DNA of 64,000 nucleotides from Camelus ferus (taxonomy: Eukaryota): positions 79,980,001 through 80,044,000 of the forward strand of contig NC_045732.1 in NCBI RefSeq assembly GCF_009834535.1, in the 5' to 3' direction. Positions 59,157-64,000 of this stretch are shown here, in pieces. The number at the start of each line of letters is the position of its first letter. Positions within the stretch are counted from its first letter, which is position 1. The position numbers were made by a program, and so were the translations under genes. A model generated the notes under the pieces. That model was given only the letters and a program-made list of their open reading frames with translations. It made no database searches and was not told where the DNA came from.

Positions 59157-61480
59157 ACATTTTCTTCTCATTGCTCCCCCAAATTCTAATTCCATGTTAT
59201 CTTGTTCAGGATGACACAATAAGATTGGAGATTTATAACTTGTTTTACAAAAGAGCAAATCTCTTGTGTTTGAACTCGATAAGGATACAGACATTGTGAT
59301 TAATGTCATTGACAAAGTTACATAGTGAAGCTTATTAAATCTTCTGATACAAGGAACACCACTGAAAAATTCCTACAGGAAACAAAGATCAATTTCCATG
59401 TCATCATAAGGGACGGGAGGAGCCCAGAGATGCTGTACACCGTGTACCCCCAACTGGCCCGGGCTGTCACCCCTTAGGAGGCTGCCTGCTCGCTCTCCAA
59501 ACACACAGTGAAGGATGGACTCACTTCCGGCCCGACAGGAGAAGCTGCCGGACAGGGGCCTGGAAGGAGCCCGGCTGCAAGTCTGGCTCAGGGCCACTCT
59601 TTCTCATCACTCAACACCTCTTCAGACAGGGACAGGAAGGAACTGAGATTCCTTGTATTGACCCTGAGCAAATGCTCCAGGACTTGCAGCTTGCTGGTCT
59701 CCGCGTGGTCCCGGGGCCCCCACAGGAGCTCGTAGCAAGGGGGATCGCTGTTGGGCACCTGCAGGTACTCCACATACCCCTCCCGCACCCACACGTTGGT
59801 GACGAGCTCCCTGGGCTCCCCGTAGATGCAGTGCTCCCTCCCGGGATACACCCCCATGACACTCAGTGCTTCCCACATCTTCTCCTCAGTGGCGCACTCT
59901 CCCTCCAGGAGGATCACACCCAGGAGCATCACCAGGAGGCCGTTCTTGGGCATGCTCTGCCCATCGCCCAGCATCCCGTCACAGGTGAGGCCCAGGGTGG
60001 GGACCAGGACATACGAGTGCTCCCTGGGGTCCACCTCCTTCACATCCACCCCAAAGACCAGCTGCACACACTCAGAGGCTTGGCTCAAGACCACAGGGAA
60101 GTGGTCCTGGTCATCTCTGAGGACCGCATTCAGCATGTCTTCCTTTGTGGTCGGCTCCTTTGAGTGGTACTTCAGGAGCAGGAAGCTCACCAGTTCAGCC
60201 ACCTTCAAATGGAGTGGGTCTGGGTGTGAGGACTCGGCATCTGCCGGGTCCTGCCCGGTGCTGGGCCCCTCCTCACCTTGGCTTCTGAGGCCATTGTCTT
60301 CCGACTGGCTCCAGGGAGGGGCTGCCACGGCTGTGGGGGAGGGGCAGACACCCTGAGGGCTCTGCGCGGGACTGGGTGTCCCAGAATCAGCCACCTCCTC
60401 CACTGCCCAGCAACAGGACTGAGTAGGAAGACGAGGAGGAGAAGGAGGAGGAGGAGGAGGAAGAGGAGGAGGAGGAGGGAGACAACGGGGATGCGCCCTC
60501 CTCCTCCTCAACCCAAATGTCCTGCTCATCCTCGGAATCCTCAGCCTCTCTTGGGTCGTGAAAGTCGGCTTCAGTGTGGTGGAGGTCACGCATCTGAACG
60601 GGAGGCACGGTGAGTGGTGTCGGGCAGCTGAGAGCAGCGAGGGCAGGGGTGACAGATGGGGACCCACGGGCCTGGGGGAGAAAGGGAGTGTCAGTGACCC
60701 GGGCTGAGAAACCCACCCTGAGGGGCTCTGACAAAGGCTACTTACAGGTCTCCTCTTCAGGGGTGCCCTCGGCCTCACAGGGGCTCTCCTCCTGGTGGAC
60801 GGTCGTCTGTGAATCTGACGGGGGAAGTGAGGCGGCTCCTCAGGGTGCAGCCGGCACAGCCCGAGGTTCTGAGGACGCCAGAGGGTGTGTGGAGTGGACG
60901 TAGGCCTTGTGGGGTCCCCTCTGTTCCCAGAGCCCCCGGGTACACACTCAGGGCCCACACCTCACCTTCAGTCCTGGCACTGCCGGCCTCCTGTGCTCTG
61001 TGACCCGAGGACACGTGTCTCAGACCTAGGCCTTCCCGGTGTCTGGAGCCCCTGGGAGAGAAAGGAGGGGAGATCCTCGGATCTACACTGTGGCACAGCC
61101 CTGGACCCGCGTGCTGGCAGGAGGCCTGGGCTCTGGCAGGTTCCCACTCTTCTAGAGTAGGAGGTCCTGTCCGCGCTAACTCAGGGTCCTCACCGGGACT
61201 CCAAGCGGGACCTGGGATTCTGCTCTCCAACCACCTGAGGGCCCCATCCTGATAGTAGGTCCCCGGTCTCTCTGAGCCCTGGATGCCGAAGTCAGGACAC
61301 ACCACGTGTGCTCATCCCGCATTGAGGCCTCCCAGGGCTGACAGCAGGGGCAGGATCGGTTGTGTCCCCTCTGTTCTAGGGTCTCAGGTCCCCTCACTCC
61401 TCCCTTAGGGTCCTCACCTTGACTGCTGGCGGGACCTGGGATTCCCCTCTCAGCCCACCCGAGGCCCCGCCCATCATACC
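59157..61480 (-). repeat. Direct repeat of 24495 to about 26880 (long MAGE 3'UTR, CDS and 5' region)
   Basis: Offset 34662 at the stop codons; 8 aa differences in the MAGE domain. Confidence 0.9.
59588..60593 (-). pseudogene. MAGEA: MAGE-A long form L2, frameshifted
   Basis: The ATG 60593 frame stops at TGA 60387-60389. A 2-nt loss near 60401-60406 relative to L1 (CTG GAC ACC CTG GAG vs CTG GGC AGT G GAG) separates it from the MAGE-domain frame. Also WGPRA to WGPRD. Confidence 0.8.
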
Positions 61481-62158
61481 AGGACCCCAGAACCTCCGAG
61501 ACCCGGATGTCAGGAAATGCCACCGGTGGTCACCCTGCCCCAAGGCCTCCAAGGTCCAACACTGTCCCGGGGTGCAGGATCCATCCGTTCTCCCTCGGGG
61601 TCCTCACTTTGACTCAGGCGGCATGTAGCCTCCCCTTGGAACCCCCGAAGCCCCACCCCTCATCCCAGGACCCCAGTCCCTCGGAGACCCGGATGTCAGG
61701 AAGTCAGGACCCCACGAGTGCTCATCCCACCCAGGCCCTCCCAGGGCTGACAGCAGGGGTGGGATGCTGTGAGGCACCTTCTGTCCTCCCTCAGCGTCCT
61801 CAGCTTGAGCCCCGGCAGGTCCTGGGACGCCCCCCTTGTTGACCCGAGCCCACACCCTCACACCAAGGCCCTCACTGCCCTGAGACCCCCAGGGGAGCCT
61901 CTGGACTCACATCAGGCCACCAGGCCCAGGGCTTCCCAGGACTGTGGACGCCAGGGGCTGAGATGGATTCCATGGGTTCCCTCAGCCCTCTCTCTGCTCC
62001 TCACCTGGGCTCCCGGCTGGGCCTGGGCCTCTCCCTGTGCCCACCTGAGCTTGGTCCCCTTGGACTCAGACCCTCCACAGCAAGGACACCCATGATGGAA
62101 CCGGAGGCGGAGGGGGGATGTCGCTGATCCCGCAGCCTACCAGGGGTCTCCCAGGTCT
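61170..62158 (-). promoter_or_regulatory. MAGE promoter module array upstream of L2, cut by an assembly gap
   Basis: Cores at about 61281, 61503 and 61690; same units as 39680-40520 and 45300-45750. Confidence 0.7.
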
Positions 62159-62258
62159 NNNNNNNNNNNNNNNNNNNNNNNNNNNNNNNNNNNNNNNNNN
62201 NNNNNNNNNNNNNNNNNNNNNNNNNNNNNNNNNNNNNNNNNNNNNNNNNNNNNNNNNN
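62159..62258. other. 100-N gap of unknown size
   Basis: Exactly 100 N. Confidence 0.99.
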
Positions 62259-64000
62259 TGGAGCTCCTCCCGAATCTTGCTTGAAGCAAGAGAACTTGCC
62301 CAGTGAGCCGGAGACGTTTGATATGTGGCTGCTGGTGGGGAACAGCTGTGATGGTGCTGCGTAAGGACCCCCTTTTCTGGCCCTCCCCTCTATGCTGAGA
62401 AGCAGGGTGCCCCAGGTCCCCGAGGAGGGGAACAGGAAAGGGAGGAGTGTGGTCTGATGTGGGGACAGTTGCAACGGTAGTGGCTGCCGGGCCGGTTCTC
62501 TGCCGGGTGTGTGGGCCCAGGAAGAGTGGCCTGGCCCTGTCGCAGGTGGGCGTGGGCTAGTATTCGCGGCTGTCCCTGTGAAAGGCAACCCGACTGCAAC
62601 TCAGTTTTGATTTTCCGTACAAGTCAGTGGGCGCCGATCCTTACTACAATCTGATGTCTGACTTCCCGGTGAGTTTCTTCACCTGCTCCTTCCCGTGTCC
62701 TCCACAAATGAAGTCCTGGAAGAGCGGGCCTCCTCCCCCTCCCTCTCTGGTCATCAGGGTGAGTCAGCCTCCCTCCCAGACTGGGCCTCCCGGCCTCCCC
62801 CTGCTTGCGGATCCTGCTCCCTCCCTGCCACTGCCCCTGGACCGCACCCCACGGGACAGGAGCGAGTCCCCTCCTCAAGCTCTGCTTCTTCCCCAGATGC
62901 ACCCAGTCTTCCCTGTTGGACGTCCTTGCTGTTTTTGCCATTGCCCTTTGGGGGTGACAGTGGCCCCGGGACATTGCCTGTTCTCTGGAGCTCAGGGCAC
63001 CTGTTCAGAGTCACCTTCCCTTTCTGGTCCCTCCTCCCCAGGGCACCTGTAGAGCTCGGTGTCTCGGGGGCCCTTCTGAGCACCTGCCTTTGCAGTTTCC
63101 CCTCCTTCTCATCCCCAGTGACCTTGGTCCATCCTGCCCCCCGGCTCAAGCCACCCCTGGGAACTCGCCACCGCTGTTCTGTCCTGCTCCTCTCCCTGGC
63201 TCCGCCATCCCTCTGTTTGCCCCAGAGGTCCTCCCAGCCGTCCTTTCTGCCCCCTGTGACTTCCCAGACCCCCGCCCCTTCTCTGTGCCGGGCACACGCC
63301 CCCCTTTTTCGCTGAGAGGCGCAAACCAGGCGCAGACCACGCCGCGGTAAGTGCCGCCCCACCGCACGCGGCCTCTCGCAGGCCTGAGCGGGTTCCAGTT
63401 TGTTCCTGTGGGCAGGTTTCGGGGCACCACAGGCCTGGGGCTGGCTGGGCCCAAATTCTCCGTTTCCCTCCTTCCCGGCAGGGCTGGTTTCCTCTGTGAA
63501 ATGCCTTTTGCCTGTCTGTCTACTTTGCTGCTTGTCCTTTTTGTGCTGAGTGTGTGGGGGGTCTTTTTGCAACCTGGGTGCTCATCCCGCCCTGGTTGTT
63601 GTGTTTCAGATGCCTCCTCCTGCCCCTCGGAGGCTGGTTTCCTCCTGTCTTCGTAGGCCAGCTTTGGACTCAGTATTGGCCTAGAGGCTCCAAACTGTAT
63701 GTGACCCCAAAGGTCAGGGAGTGTCCCGCCCCCCCCCCCCAGGCCGCCACCCACCCCCAGGCCCGCCACCTGGGGTGAGGATCCCTGAGGGGGAGGTGCC
63801 CCGGTGTCCAGGGCTCTGCCCGTGAGAAAGGGCTCCTTCCTGTCTGTGTAAGTCAGTCGGTTACCGCCTGGCTTCAGTTCCATGCCCTGGACTCACGCGG
63901 GAGAAGCCCGGGGCAGCCGTGCAGCTGTGGGAAGACAGCAAGCCTTGTTTCTTCTGCCCCAACTCTCCTGGTTTACCTCCCGCCCCTCTGGCCCGTCTCT

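Noticed and set aside
59588-60958. 456-aa ORF suggesting an intact L2
   Set aside because: Its N-terminal half is the wrong frame of the MAGE N-terminus; the true frame stops at 60387.

Overview
Mammalian X-chromosome ampliconic region equivalent to the human Xq28 EOLA-HSFX-MAGEA cluster. The host is probably a camelid, inferred from my recollection of the young L1 3' UTR. Gene order: HSFX3/4-type gene (-, 1390-2825); short MAGE-A gene S1 (+, 6923-7723); an ERVL internal region split by a twin-primed L1; long MAGE-A gene L1 (-, 24926-25933); old repeats; S1' (-, 37162-37962, identical protein to S1); short MAGE-A S2 (+, 49834-50664); a second HSFX (+, 55881-57316); an isolated EOLA1/2 terminal exon (-, 58724-58947); and a frameshifted long MAGE-A L2 (-, 59588-60593). 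Bases 1-4668 and 4769-9195 are >99% inverted copies of 54038-58708 and 35691-40116. They are separated by a 100-N gap, which suggests one large palindrome whose left arm is missing about 13.9 kb. Each MAGE gene lies downstream of an array of ~200-bp promoter/first-exon modules, and one array has nested ~610-bp and ~1.2-kb higher-order periods. The most interesting signals are the palindrome, the MAGE-pseudogene/EOLA fusion that lost its poly(A) signal, the higher-order promoter array, the modular mosaicism of the MAGE copies and a C-terminal frameshift shared by both HSFX copies. Most ORFs in the track are GC-rich noise. All alignments were done by eye, and family names come from memory, not database searches.
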